From NCBI GenBank assembly GCA_016937995.1, contig JAFGVM010000089.1:1-54749 (forward strand): a DNA stretch of 54,749 nt. The letters run 5' to 3'. Origin of the DNA: Candidatus Delongbacteria bacterium. Lineage in GTDB: Bacteria > UBA4055. Positions 9,836 through 20,066 of the stretch are shown one piece after another. The notes beneath the pieces were generated by a model. The model saw only the letters and a program-made list of their open reading frames with translations. It was not told where the DNA came from and ran no database searches. The translations under genes and the position numbers were made by a program. How positions within the stretch are numbered: position 1 is the first letter of the stretch; every line of letters begins with the position of its first letter.

Positions 9836-11253
9836 TGAACAAGTTAAAGATCACTTCATTCTTAATATTGATGCTATCCATTTCTGTGTTTGCGGAAGTT
9901 TATACTTTAGAAAAAGCTATAGAAGTTGCATTGAAAAATAATGAATCTGTAGAAACTGCTGAAAAAGAGCTTGAAAAATCAAATTACGTTTACAATGAGG
10001 CTTTTAGTGGAGCACTGCCTAAGATCGATGCTAATATTACTTACCTCAGGAACATTTATTCTTCCAAGATCACAAATATGGAAAGTTATTTTGCAAATTT
10101 TGCAAATGGAATTGCATTAGTGAACAATACTGTTATGAATGAACATCCCTCAGCTGGTTTAACAGAAATGCCGTTCATGGAAATGCCCGACTCTGAAATA
10201 GAAGCAATGAAAGATAACACAATTAAGTTCGAACTTAACCTTATTCAGCCTATCTGGATCGGTGGTAAAGTTGGAACTGCCCTTGATATTGCTAAAATAT
10301 ATAAAGAAATGAGCCAGTCGGCTTTTAAACTTGAAATAGACAAGGTAACTCTGGAAATTAAAAAGAATTTCTATCAGATATTATTGTTGGATGAATCGAG
10401 AAAAGTAATGGCTCTTGTAAAAAAGGATGCTTATAGCAATCTTGATAAGATCGAGAAACTTTATAAAGAAGGTCTGGTCTCTGAGTATGATATAATCCAG
10501 GCAAGAGTAAGAGTTAGATCTATAGAACCAAAGATAATATCACTTGATAATTACTATGATCTTGCTAAAGAATATCTGAAGATCAATATGGGTTTAGACC
10601 CTAAAGAAAATATTGAGATCGAAGGAAGTATTTCAGCAACTTTCACTCCTGATACAGTGGATTTTTACAATACTGCTCTAACAAATAGAGTTGAATTGAA
10701 ACTTTTGGAGAATAAGCGGGATCTACTGAAAGAAAATGCCAAGATCGAATTTTCAAATCACCTTCCTTCGATAGTTGGACTTGCAAATTATTCTTTTCAG
10801 TCTCAGACAGATGACTTTGGTGATACTTTTGAAACAAACTATGGAGTAGGTGCATTCAATGTAGGAGTTACTGCAAATATTCCGATCTTTAACGGAATGG
10901 GCACAAAGGCAAAAGTGGATCAGGCTCAAATAGAAGTAAAAAAATCTGATCTAGAGATAGTTAAGACCAAAAAATTAATAAATTTGCAGATAAAAGATGT
11001 TGTAAGTAAGATGAATTTAGCAAAAGAAGAGATCATTCTCAGAGATCAGGAGATCGCAGAATATGAAAAAGCTTTGGAGATCACTCAAGTACGCTATGAT
11101 AACGGTCTTTGTACTCAGCTTGAAGTCACATCTGCTCAGACAGCATTGGAAAGCTCAAGACTTGATAAGATAAATACTGTACATCAGTATGTAACTGCCC
11201 TTATAGATCTTGAAGCTGCAACAGGTCTCGTAACGAACATGGAATATAAATAA
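9835..11253 (+). CDS. TolC family outer membrane efflux protein
   Basis: Signal peptide, 'TLEKAIEVALKNN', two OEP repeats ('YKEGLVSEYD', 'RYDNGLCTQLEV'). Confidence 0.9.
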   Translation: MNKLKITSFLILMLSISVFAEVYTLEKAIEVALKNNESVETAEKELEKSNYVYNEAFSGALPKIDANITYLRNIYSSKITNMESYFANFANGIALVNNTVMNEHPSAGLTEMPFMEMPDSEIEAMKDNTIKFELNLIQPIWIGGKVGTALDIAKIYKEMSQSAFKLEIDKVTLEIKKNFYQILLLDESRKVMALVKKDAYSNLDKIEKLYKEGLVSEYDIIQARVRVRSIEPKIISLDNYYDLAKEYLKINMGLDPKENIEIEGSISATFTPDTVDFYNTALTNRVELKLLENKRDLLKENAKIEFSNHLPSIVGLANYSFQSQTDDFGDTFETNYGVGAFNVGVTANIPIFNGMGTKAKVDQAQIEVKKSDLEIVKTKKLINLQIKDVVSKMNLAKEEIILRDQEIAEYEKALEITQVRYDNGLCTQLEVTSAQTALESSRLDKINTVHQYVTALIDLEAATGLVTNMEYK

Positions 11254-11255
11254 TT

Positions 11256-11282
11256 GTAAAGACGCAACATTTTGCGTCTCAC
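11256..11282 (+). repeat. GTAG-type REP-like palindrome (degenerate GTAA head)
   Basis: GTAA-AGACGCAA-CATT-TTGCGTCT. Confidence 0.5.
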
Positions 11283-11296
11283 AAAAGGAGCGAAAA

Positions 11297-12340
11297 ATGA
11301 AAAAATATCTAACAATAATTCTTAGTCTACTACTAGTATTATTAACCAGCTGTGCAAAAGAAGAAGCCGTCGCAAAAGAAGATACTTCTGTTGAAGCTCT
11401 TCAAAAAGTACAGGGAATACCTGTTAAGATAACAAAAATAGCAAAACAGAGTATTACTCAATGGGATGAATACTCGGGTACTTTATCAGGATTTGAAGAA
11501 GTTACAGCTTTCGGTATGCTGGGAGACAACTATTCAAAAGTTAACATTGAAGTTGGCGATCTTGTAAAAAAAGGTGATATCCTTGCAGAATTTTCAACTG
11601 ATTTCCCGGGTGCTAATTATAATCAGGCAAAGATCGGTTATGAAACTGCAGAAAAAACTTATAACAGAATGAAAAAGGTCTTTGAATCGGGTGGAATTTC
11701 TCAGCAGCAGCTTGATGAAGTTGAAGCTCAATATAAAATATCAAAAGAGAACTTTAATTCAACTAAACAGCTTGTTAAGGTCATATCTCCTACTTCAGGA
11801 GTAGTAGTAAATGTAAACTTTGACAAAGGAAGCAAGAATGATCCTAAACTTCCATTATGTACAATAATCAAGACCGGCAAACTGAAGACTGATATATTCA
11901 TTGAGGAAGAGAAGATCGCAGCTTATAAGAAAGGACAGGAAGTTAAGTTAAAGTGGGAAGGACTCAAAGATCAGGAATTCATTGGCATTATTAATAAAAT
12001 CTCAATGTCGTCTAATCCGCAAATGAGAGGCTTTTCTATAGAAATTCTGGTTGATAATAAAGATGAAAAATTGATGCCTGGGATCTTTGTGTATGTTTTT
12101 ACACCACATTTCACAAAAGAAGATATTATCGTTATACCTAGAGAATCCGTATTTCAGGAAAATGGGCAGTATTATGTTTATGTTGCTGATAGTGAGACCG
12201 CAAAGAAAAAAGAGATCACTCTTGGAAAAAATATCGGGAATCAAATTGAGATCGTGGAAGGACTTGCTGCGGGGGATAGACTCATATCTGAGGGAAGGGC
12301 ATTATTGAAAGAAGGAAGCAAGATTAAAGTTGTGGGGTAA
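11297..12340 (+). CDS. RND periplasmic adaptor (membrane fusion) lipoprotein
   Basis: Lipobox LTSC, 'VGDLVKKGDIL', 'ISPTSGVV', 'LMPGIF', 'EGLAAGDRLI'. Confidence 0.92.
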   Translation: MKKYLTIILSLLLVLLTSCAKEEAVAKEDTSVEALQKVQGIPVKITKIAKQSITQWDEYSGTLSGFEEVTAFGMLGDNYSKVNIEVGDLVKKGDILAEFSTDFPGANYNQAKIGYETAEKTYNRMKKVFESGGISQQQLDEVEAQYKISKENFNSTKQLVKVISPTSGVVVNVNFDKGSKNDPKLPLCTIIKTGKLKTDIFIEEEKIAAYKKGQEVKLKWEGLKDQEFIGIINKISMSSNPQMRGFSIEILVDNKDEKLMPGIFVYVFTPHFTKEDIIVIPRESVFQENGQYYVYVADSETAKKKEITLGKNIGNQIEIVEGLAAGDRLISEGRALLKEGSKIKVVG

Positions 12341-12366
12341 AAAAAGGGGCTGAGCCCCTTTTTTTT
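12341..12366 (+). terminator. intrinsic terminator of the efflux operon
   Basis: AAAAAGGGGC-TGA-GCCCCTTTTTTTT. Confidence 0.85.
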
Positions 12367-12663
12367 AGTGATAAGTTATGAGTGGAAAGTGATAAGTTCG
12401 CTCGTTGTCATTGCGAGCACAAAGTGCGTGGCAATCTAAAAACACCTCTAATTTCTGAATAGTACCTGTCATTCTTGTGCTCTGCACCAGAATCCAGGCG
12501 TAGTTTTTTACTTCTCCAACACCATCTTCTTCGCTTCTAATATTCCATCAACTTTCCAAATCAAATAATAATTCTTTTACGAATTTCGGACAATGGACTT
12601 CAGTCCTTTGGAAAAGCGCATTAATTTTCCAACTCATCACATATCACTTATAACTTATCACTA
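12366..12663. mobile_element. non-coding MITE-like element bounded by 33-bp heptamer-built inverted repeats
   Basis: 12366-12398 versus the reverse complement of 12631-12663 match at 28/33. The interior has two GTCAT palindromes and no substantial ORF. Confidence 0.45.
12407..12498 (+). repeat. two GTCAT-headed palindromic repeats
   Basis: GTCATTGCGAGCACAAAGTGCGTGGCAATCT (12407-12437) and GTCATTCTTGTGCTCTGCACCAGAATCCAGG (12468-12498). Confidence 0.65.
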
Positions 12664-12800
12664 TATTTCCTCTTGATTAAACAAGAATTATTCCATATTT
12701 TTAGCACTCTTTTATAGTAGTAACTTGTAATATTTTTATTATATTACTTTGTTGAAAGAAAATTAGGCAGGTATCTAAATTATAAAATTGGAGGTATAGA

Positions 12801-14126
12801 TTGGAAAATTATATTATTTACAACGCGAACATCCTGACATTTGGAGATAAGCTTCAGAATATCAGAAAAGGTGCATTATACATCGGTAGAGGCACGATAC
12901 TTGACTTTGGTGAAGAGAAGGAAATAATGTCAAAACATTCTTCTGTTGAGGAAAAAATAGATGCAAAAGGTAAACTTGTTATGCCGGGATATATTGACAT
13001 GCACAACCATCTTTACAGCAGTTTTTTCCAGAATGTACCTTTAAAAACAAAAGGAATAAACAAACATTCTGACTTTATGAATAAATTCTGGTGGGAGCTT
13101 ACTGGGAAGTTGTCTTCTGACGGTATATACTATTCAGCAGTGAAAGGTATCATAAATTCCATCAAAGCCGGCGTAACTACAATTTTCAACCTTCACTCAA
13201 GTCCAAACTGCATCGAAGATTCTCTTTATGATCTTTCTGAAGCTTTTGAGGAGCTGGCAATGAGAGGTGTTCTTGCTTATGAAATAAGTAACAGAACCAG
13301 TGATGCTGATGCAAAAAAAATGCTAAAAGCAAATGCTGAATTCGCACAACAGAACAAAGACAATCCCCTTATCTCAGGAATGATCGGTATCTATAACGCA
13401 AATGAAGTTTCTGATGATGTTCTTAGAACAATAAGTAAATTCACTGCAAAAACAGATATTGGACTTATGATCCACCTTTCAGAATCAGAAGAAGAAGAAG
13501 AGGAATCAGTAGCAAAATATAAAAAATATTGTATAGACAGATTATTCGATATCGGTCTTTTGAATGATAAAACTTTGCTCGTTACAGCCAATTACGTTGA
13601 TGAAACTGACATTGATATCATTAAAGAATCCGGTGCTGGAGTAGTACTGACCCCATCATCAACTGCTTATAAAGGTTTTGATATGGCTCCGCTTGCAACC
13701 TTGTTTGAAAACAAGATACATATCGGATTCGGTTCTGACGGTATATATCCATCAATCGCCGGCGAAGCAGCTTTTGCATATAAGATGATAAGAAAGGATA
13801 GACAGGAATATAATTTTGAGAACAATGAGATAAGTAAGATCATTACATCCTCAAACTATAAACTGGCAAACAAATTCGTATCTAAATCCATCGGTGAGAT
13901 AAAGCTTGGTGCAGCAGCAGATATAATCATGGTGGATTACTTGCCAGAACATGAGATCACTTCTGAGAATCTTAACACTCAGCTATTATTTGGAATTATT
14001 CCTTCAAGAGTTTCAACTACCATAATCAATGGAAATATTGTCATGAATAACTATGAGATGGTCGGTATTGACGAACATGAACTGAATGCTAAATATTTAG
14101 AATTTGCCTCAGAACTCAAAGGTTAG
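12801..14126 (+). CDS. metal-dependent amidohydrolase (SsnA/deaminase-like)
   Basis: 'IDAKGKLVMPGYIDMHNHLYS', 'GVTTI', 'IHLSES', 'GSDG', 'GEIKLGAAADII'; GGAGG RBS with TTG start. Confidence 0.85.
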   Translation: MENYIIYNANILTFGDKLQNIRKGALYIGRGTILDFGEEKEIMSKHSSVEEKIDAKGKLVMPGYIDMHNHLYSSFFQNVPLKTKGINKHSDFMNKFWWELTGKLSSDGIYYSAVKGIINSIKAGVTTIFNLHSSPNCIEDSLYDLSEAFEELAMRGVLAYEISNRTSDADAKKMLKANAEFAQQNKDNPLISGMIGIYNANEVSDDVLRTISKFTAKTDIGLMIHLSESEEEEEESVAKYKKYCIDRLFDIGLLNDKTLLVTANYVDETDIDIIKESGAGVVLTPSSTAYKGFDMAPLATLFENKIHIGFGSDGIYPSIAGEAAFAYKMIRKDRQEYNFENNEISKIITSSNYKLANKFVSKSIGEIKLGAAADIIMVDYLPEHEITSENLNTQLLFGIIPSRVSTTIINGNIVMNNYEMVGIDEHELNAKYLEFASELKG

Positions 14127-14192
14127 CTTTCTTGACAGAAGTGAAAACGAATACTGTTAAAAAGAAACCTAAATTAAACAATTGGCAAAATT

Positions 14193-15260
14193 ATGTATGA
14201 CAAATTAGAAAAAATTGAAGAGAGATTTAATTATCTTACTGAATCTCTCGGAGATCCTGATATAATCAGCGACAATAACAGGCTCAGAGATATAAGCAGG
14301 GAAAGATCCAAGCTTGAACCTATTATTGAAAAATTCAACGAACTCAGAAGGATCGATAATAATCTGAGTGAAGCTCAGGAATTCGTAAGTTCGGATGACG
14401 ATGAAATGAGAGAAATGGCAAAAGCAGAGATAGAAGAACTTACACCTTTAAAAGAAAAGATCATTGATGAACTGAAAGTATTGATGATACCAAAAGATCC
14501 TAACGATGATAAGGATATTTACCTTGAAATAAGAGCAGGAACTGGTGGGGATGAGGCGGGTCTTTTTGCCAATGATCTATACAAAATGTATCAGAGATAC
14601 TGTGAGAGCCAGAAATGGAAATTCACGACAATAAGCTATAACGAAACATCACCTGGTGTGACAAAAGAAGTTGTTGTGGAAGTGTCAGGAGAAGGAGTCT
14701 ATGGTAAAATGAAGTATGAATCAGGTGTACACCGTGTACAGCGAGTACCTACTACAGAGACACAGGGTAGAGTTCATACATCAGCAGCTTCGGTGGCAGT
14801 ACTTTATCAGATAGAAGTGGAAGATGTAAATATAGATCCAAAAGATCTGAAAATTGATACATACAGGTCTCAGGGTGCAGGTGGTCAGCATGTTAACACA
14901 TCTGACTCTGCGGTAAGGATAACTCACTTACCGACGAACACTGTTGTTACATGTCAGGACGAAAGATCGCAGTTAAAGAACAGAGTTTCCGCAATGAAGA
15001 TCCTTGTTGCCAGACTTCAGGAAAAAGCTGAGAGTGAAGCAGCGGCAACAGAGGCAAATTCAAGAAAACTACAGGTTGGAAGTGGAGATAGAAGTGCAAA
15101 GATAAGAACATATAATTTTCCACAGGGAAGGATGACCGATCACAGAATAGGGCTGACGCTCTATAAACTTGATTCAATAATGAATGGAAATATCGGTGAG
15201 ATCATTGAAGCATTGATTATGGAAGATCAGGCTGAAAAACTCAAAGGCGAAAACGCCTGA
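14193..15260 (+). CDS. prfA: peptide chain release factor 1
   Basis: [14 protein letters not shown] tripeptide (RVPTTE), [12 protein letters not shown]. Confidence 0.97.
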   Translation: MYDKLEKIEERFNYLTESLGDPDIISDNNRLRDISRERSKLEPIIEKFNELRRIDNNLSEAQEFVSSDDDEMREMAKAEIEELTPLKEKIIDELKVLMIPKDPNDDKDIYLEIRAGTGGDEAGLFANDLYKMYQRYCESQKWKFTTISYNETSPGVTKEVVVEVSGEGVYGKMKYESGVHRVQRVPTTETQGRVHTSAASVAVLYQIEVEDVNIDPKDLKIDTYRSQGAGGQHVNTSDSAVRITHLPTNTVVTCQDERSQLKNRVSAMKILVARLQEKAESEAAATEANSRKLQVGSGDRSAKIRTYNFPQGRMTDHRIGLTLYKLDSIMNGNIGEIIEALIMEDQAEKLKGENA

Positions 15261-15298
15261 CAGATTAACAACGAGTTGCGAAGTTTTTCGGAGACAAT

Positions 15299-18200
15299 TT
15301 GAAGATCTGGCATAGAATATTGTACTATCTTACGGTAACAGTTATCGTAGTTATTGCCGGATATGGGTTTTTTAAGAAAGTAATAATATCTCAGAAGATC
15401 AGATCAGTAATAATCGAAAGATTAAAACCCCAATTGAAAGCTGATGATTTTGATATCAGTTCCCTGGATATGCAGACTGATAAGATACATGTCAGAAATA
15501 TTAAATATGTAAAAGATAATTTAAGTGTCAAAATAGCTGATATCGAAATAGATTATTCTTTGATGAAACTGCTTACCAAGGGTATCAATTTTAAAGAATG
15601 GGTTGAAAATATAAGAATAAATTCTGTCAGGTTTGAGATCGACAGAAGTTTTGAAACATCTTCCAAACTAAATTGGGATTTTGATATAGATCAGTACAGT
15701 TCTATTCTGAGCCCGTTAAAAAATTATTCATACCTTGATACTATAGAAGTAAATGACCTGAATTTCAGTTTAAGATCTCAAAACAGTAACATTATCAATG
15801 TTTTTGAAAACCTTTCAGGCGGATTGATATTTGATAAAAAGGGGGGATTGGATGTTATTTTTGACGGAAAGTTACTAAGGTCTGAAAAAGAAAATATCTT
15901 CCTCAATGGAAAGCTGAATTACACATCCTTAAATTCCGAGTTTAACCTGAGTGTTGAAAAAAGTAGAATTCCGGAATTATCCAGCTTATTCGGGCAGTTT
16001 AAATCCGATTTTGGATTTTATGAAGGAAAACTTAATCTCGAAATTAACAAATACGGAAATAATCAAATATTTTTATTCGGTGATTTTAGACTGAATGATT
16101 TTGCAGGGGACATTTTTGACAAAGTTCGGCTAAGTAACGTAAATCTGCTGCTTTCTTATTACAACGGATCACTATTTTTTAATGAGTTCAACGGTTATGC
16201 TGATAAAATACCGTTTGAAGTTGAGGGTATGCTGTATAATGTGTTGAATCCACAGGGTGATATATATTTATCATTCAATTCTCTAAGCGACAAAGATATC
16301 AAAAAAACTGTTTCCAAGTTCGTTGAAGATACCGGTATGTTATATAAATTAGATTTTTATGATCAAAATACACTAATGCTTCATGCAAATTTTCAGGATT
16401 CAAAGATCTTTACTTATGTGGATATTATTTCACCCCGATTATCTATCAGAGATAAATTATTAGAGAACATAAAGCTGAGTGCTGTCTATAAAAAAGACAA
16501 GATATCGATCTCAAAATGCAGTTTTCTAACCAACAGTAATGCAGTAAATTTTTCAGGAAATTATTATATCACAGGGAACAAAAATGAATATTATGATCTT
16601 TCATTCAGCTTTACAGGATCAGTTTTTACCGAAATTCCTTTCCTGAAAACAACAAAAATAAGAAACGTGCCTACGATCCTGAAGGGAAAGATAAAAGGAC
16701 GTTCTTTTGATGATTATACAATGTCTGCAAGACTTGAGGCATTCGATTTTGAAAAAGATGAAAATGATCTGCTGTTTTACTCAAGTTTCGATATTGATGA
16801 TCAGATACTTATGTTCGAGATACACAGTAGTGAAGATATAACTATTGGTGACGGGTTTTACAATTTGAATACAAAGCAATACCGTTTTGATGGGAAAGAT
16901 CTGCTTAAACCGGTTAAATTACTTTATGGTAAAACTTTTATTGATAAGAATGAGATCATTAAGTTCGATTTAAGCGGTGATGATAAAGTTGTAAATGTTC
17001 ATACAAGTTCAGTCGAGAAAGGATCTTTGTTTTTTGGAGAGCTTAATGCAAAATTCAATATCGGTAAAGATTATGCTGAATCATTTGTGAATTGGGAGCC
17101 TGATCAGAAAAATATATACAGTAGGCCGGCTAATTTTAGATTGAATTTTTCAAGTGACAAGATCAATGTTTCAGATATTTACCTGGATTACAAACCTGTT
17201 TCTGGTGAAGCTTGGTTTGAATACAAATCTGAAAAAATAGGAGGTAAATTAAACGCCAAAGAACTTGAACTTGGAAGCATTTTAGGTTTTAGAGAATTTT
17301 CTTCAAATACTGATATTGATATAGCAATTTCAGGATACTCGCATTCTCCATACATAGATGTTAACATTAAAGAGAACGAGCTTATGTATTTTCCTGGAGA
17401 CAGTTTTGAAAGTATAAATTTAAAAGGTGAAGCTGAGATACATCTTGAAGGAAAGAAGATCAGGGTTGAAAAAATATTTCTGTATGACAAAAAAGATAAT
17501 AAAATTTGTACATTGTCAGGGAATATAAAAAATTTTAATGAGTACTCAGTTAATACCTATGGTGAATTGGATCTGGATATCCTATCAGCAATAACAGGCA
17601 GTAAAACCATAAGAGGTAAACTAAAGTACAAGATTGATAGTGAGGGAACAAAGGATCTGCCAAAGCTGAACAAATGCATAATAGACATCAAAGATACAGA
17701 TTTTTACGGTGATAAGATCGACAGAATGAAAATGGTCCTTACAGGAGCTGAGGACAAGGGTTTTTATCTTGAATTATTTCAACTTGATCTAAATAAATAT
17801 CTCAATTTAACAGCTGCGGGATTTATTCCTTACGATCAGGAGAAGGATATGCAGTTGACAGGTTATTTTCATGGAAACATTTTAGGATATTTAGATAATA
17901 AATTTGAACTTGTAGAGAACGGATACAGTGAAAATGAAGGCAGTTTTATAATCGGGGGAAGCATATTTAAACCCAAGATCGATGATCTGGAGTTATATTT
18001 CCTGGATGGCACTATGAACTTTAAGGATATAACCGGTAAACTGGAAGAAATTAGATCTAAGTTCGTAGTAAAAAATGGAAAAGATTTCGATATAGTACAA
18101 CTGTCATTAAATTGCAGTGAAACAGGGAACCGGGTACTGGTGGAAAATGTGCATAGAGATCAGACCTATAATGATATTATTGTTCCGGGTGGGTTTAATA

Positions 18201-19471
18201 TTGGGCATTTTCTTTTAGAATTTCCCGATGGCGGTATTTCCGGCCGGGTACCGGGTATAATGATGAATGACTCATACGGTAATATTTTACTGTCCGGAAT
18301 GGGATCAAATAAATTCAGAGTTGTAAAAAGCAGAAGTGGTATCGAGTTGATCGGAAGGGTGGAATTGAGAAATTCCAATATCGCTTTTCCTAACAATGAC
18401 ATAACACCATCGGAAAAAAAGTCACAACCCAATATATTTATGTCAACAGTATCATTGGACATTGATATAATACCATCTGCAGGAAATACTTACTACTATA
18501 ACAATTCAACTACTCAAGCATCCTTCTGGGAGCAGATAAAAAGTTCTTTCACAAAATTTGACAATGAACTTAGTAATGTAAAACTTCCTGTTGTAGGTTC
18601 GAAAAAAGGTTTACGTTTAAAAGGCCCATTAAGTGATCCGAGAAAACTCGAACTTTCAGGTGAAGTTAACGGAAGGAACGGTACATGTAATTATTCCGCT
18701 TTTTCATTTAAGATAGATGATACTTCTGTGACATTTAGTGAAGCTAAAGATAAAAATGGTATAATGGACCCGTATATTAAAGCTATTGGAAAAACAGTTG
18801 TAAAGACCAGACTGGATTCTACAGGTTATTCAGGTTTTGAAAATATTTATATTAAGGTGGTAACAAAAGAGGATAACGAGATCATCGACAATGAAGGTGG
18901 TCGTGTAAGTAATTTTTCAATAATTCTTTTGGATGAGGCAGGTAATCCATGGCTTAAGGATGATGAGAAGATCACTGGGATCGACACTCAGGGAACGGCA
19001 CGTGAGATGTTTAATGAAGCTCTTGACTCAAGGATATTAAGTCCATTCATAAATCCGATCGAAAACGCTATCGGTAAATTACTTGGTGCACAGGTATCTA
19101 TCAGACCTAATATTACATCAAATATCACACAGGAAAGACCGGGAGGTTCTTTTATTCCGGAATCCTATGGAGGGTATTTTGTCGGAAGTGAATTTTATAT
19201 TTCGAAATTTTTAACTGATGATCTGGCATTGACCTGGCATTCAAAGTATATTGGTTCTGAGGAGTATACTGAAGTTATTGAGCAGACTTACGGGTATAAA
19301 AACAATCTTGGTTTTGATTACAGACTGACGAATTATATGCTTACATCAGCTGGTTATCAATTTGACACCCTTAATGAAACATCAGGATATAATGTAGCTC
19401 TGTCTTTCAGATATAGATTCAAGAATATCTCCCAACCAGTGAATTATCTAAAAAGGTTATTTCAAAAGTAA
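15299..19471 (+). CDS. large AsmA/TamB-like protein
   Basis: Single N-terminal TM, ~1350 aa of beta-rich periodic sequence, TamB-like C-terminus (GEVNGRNGTC...DPYIKAIG...YISKFLTDDL...YRFK). Confidence 0.55.
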   Translation: MKIWHRILYYLTVTVIVVIAGYGFFKKVIISQKIRSVIIERLKPQLKADDFDISSLDMQTDKIHVRNIKYVKDNLSVKIADIEIDYSLMKLLTKGINFKEWVENIRINSVRFEIDRSFETSSKLNWDFDIDQYSSILSPLKNYSYLDTIEVNDLNFSLRSQNSNIINVFENLSGGLIFDKKGGLDVIFDGKLLRSEKENIFLNGKLNYTSLNSEFNLSVEKSRIPELSSLFGQFKSDFGFYEGKLNLEINKYGNNQIFLFGDFRLNDFAGDIFDKVRLSNVNLLLSYYNGSLFFNEFNGYADKIPFEVEGMLYNVLNPQGDIYLSFNSLSDKDIKKTVSKFVEDTGMLYKLDFYDQNTLMLHANFQDSKIFTYVDIISPRLSIRDKLLENIKLSAVYKKDKISISKCSFLTNSNAVNFSGNYYITGNKNEYYDLSFSFTGSVFTEIPFLKTTKIRNVPTILKGKIKGRSFDDYTMSARLEAFDFEKDENDLLFYSSFDIDDQILMFEIHSSEDITIGDGFYNLNTKQYRFDGKDLLKPVKLLYGKTFIDKNEIIKFDLSGDDKVVNVHTSSVEKGSLFFGELNAKFNIGKDYAESFVNWEPDQKNIYSRPANFRLNFSSDKINVSDIYLDYKPVSGEAWFEYKSEKIGGKLNAKELELGSILGFREFSSNTDIDIAISGYSHSPYIDVNIKENELMYFPGDSFESINLKGEAEIHLEGKKIRVEKIFLYDKKDNKICTLSGNIKNFNEYSVNTYGELDLDILSAITGSKTIRGKLKYKIDSEGTKDLPKLNKCIIDIKDTDFYGDKIDRMKMVLTGAEDKGFYLELFQLDLNKYLNLTAAGFIPYDQEKDMQLTGYFHGNILGYLDNKFELVENGYSENEGSFIIGGSIFKPKIDDLELYFLDGTMNFKDITGKLEEIRSKFVVKNGKDFDIVQLSLNCSETGNRVLVENVHRDQTYNDIIVPGGFNIGHFLLEFPDGGISGRVPGIMMNDSYGNILLSGMGSNKFRVVKSRSGIELIGRVELRNSNIAFPNNDITPSEKKSQPNIFMSTVSLDIDIIPSAGNTYYYNNSTTQASFWEQIKSSFTKFDNELSNVKLPVVGSKKGLRLKGPLSDPRKLELSGEVNGRNGTCNYSAFSFKIDDTSVTFSEAKDKNGIMDPYIKAIGKTVVKTRLDSTGYSGFENIYIKVVTKEDNEIIDNEGGRVSNFSIILLDEAGNPWLKDDEKITGIDTQGTAREMFNEALDSRILSPFINPIENAIGKLLGAQVSIRPNITSNITQERPGGSFIPESYGGYFVGSEFYISKFLTDDLALTWHSKYIGSEEYTEVIEQTYGYKNNLGFDYRLTNYMLTSAGYQFDTLNETSGYNVALSFRYRFKNISQPVNYLKRLFQK

Positions 19472-20013
19472 TGAATTATTTGGAGATCATAATATTGGCA
19501 TTAGCACTGTCTGGTGATGCATTCGCAGTATCTGTGTCTGCAGGTGTCTGTTCAAGAACAGTTAAAATAACCCAGTCATTGAAAATGGCATTGTTATTTG
19601 GATTCTTTCAGGGTATTATGCCTGTTGCCGGCTGGATCACAGGTGCTCTTTTTTACGAATATATTAAAGACTACGGTAGCTGGATAGCATTGATTTTGTT
19701 GTTTGCTATAGGTTTAAAAATGATATTTGAAAGTTTTAAGCATGAAGACGATAAATGCTTAAACTATTTTAATACACACGTACTGTTTGTTCTGGCGTTA
19801 GCTACAAGTATAGATGCATTGGCTGCAGGATTAAGCTTAAAATTGCTTAATGTAAATATTATCATACCTGCTTTAATGATCACTGCAATAACATTTTTTA
19901 TCTCATTCCTGGGAATATTCATAGGGAAAAAAGCAGGAAATGCTCTTGGCCGAAAAGCGGAATTTGCAGGAGGGCTGATATTGATCGGTATAGGAATTAA
20001 ATTGGTAATATAA
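19471..20013 (+). CDS. mntP: manganese efflux pump MntP
   Basis: ALSGDAFAVS, FGFFQGIMP, ATSIDALAAG, AEFAGGLILIGIG. Confidence 0.92.
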   Translation: MNYLEIIILALALSGDAFAVSVSAGVCSRTVKITQSLKMALLFGFFQGIMPVAGWITGALFYEYIKDYGSWIALILLFAIGLKMIFESFKHEDDKCLNYFNTHVLFVLALATSIDALAAGLSLKLLNVNIIIPALMITAITFFISFLGIFIGKKAGNALGRKAEFAGGLILIGIGIKLVI

Positions 20014-20044
20014 AAAAAAGGGGTATTATAAATAACACCCCTAC
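20013..20044 (-). repeat. GTAG-REP doubling as terminator
   Basis: Minus strand GTAGGGGTGTTATTTATAATACCCC followed by a T-run. Confidence 0.65.
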
Positions 20045-20066
20045 AACTTGTAACTTTCTGTTTCTA

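Noticed and set aside
12701-12727. TTAGCACTC, left arm of a CIRCE element
   Set aside because: No GAGTGCTAA arm at N9 spacing, and the downstream gene is not a chaperone.
14193-15260. Programmed frameshift in the release factor
   Set aside because: This is RF1 (PxT motif) with a continuous frame; the frameshift belongs to prfB.
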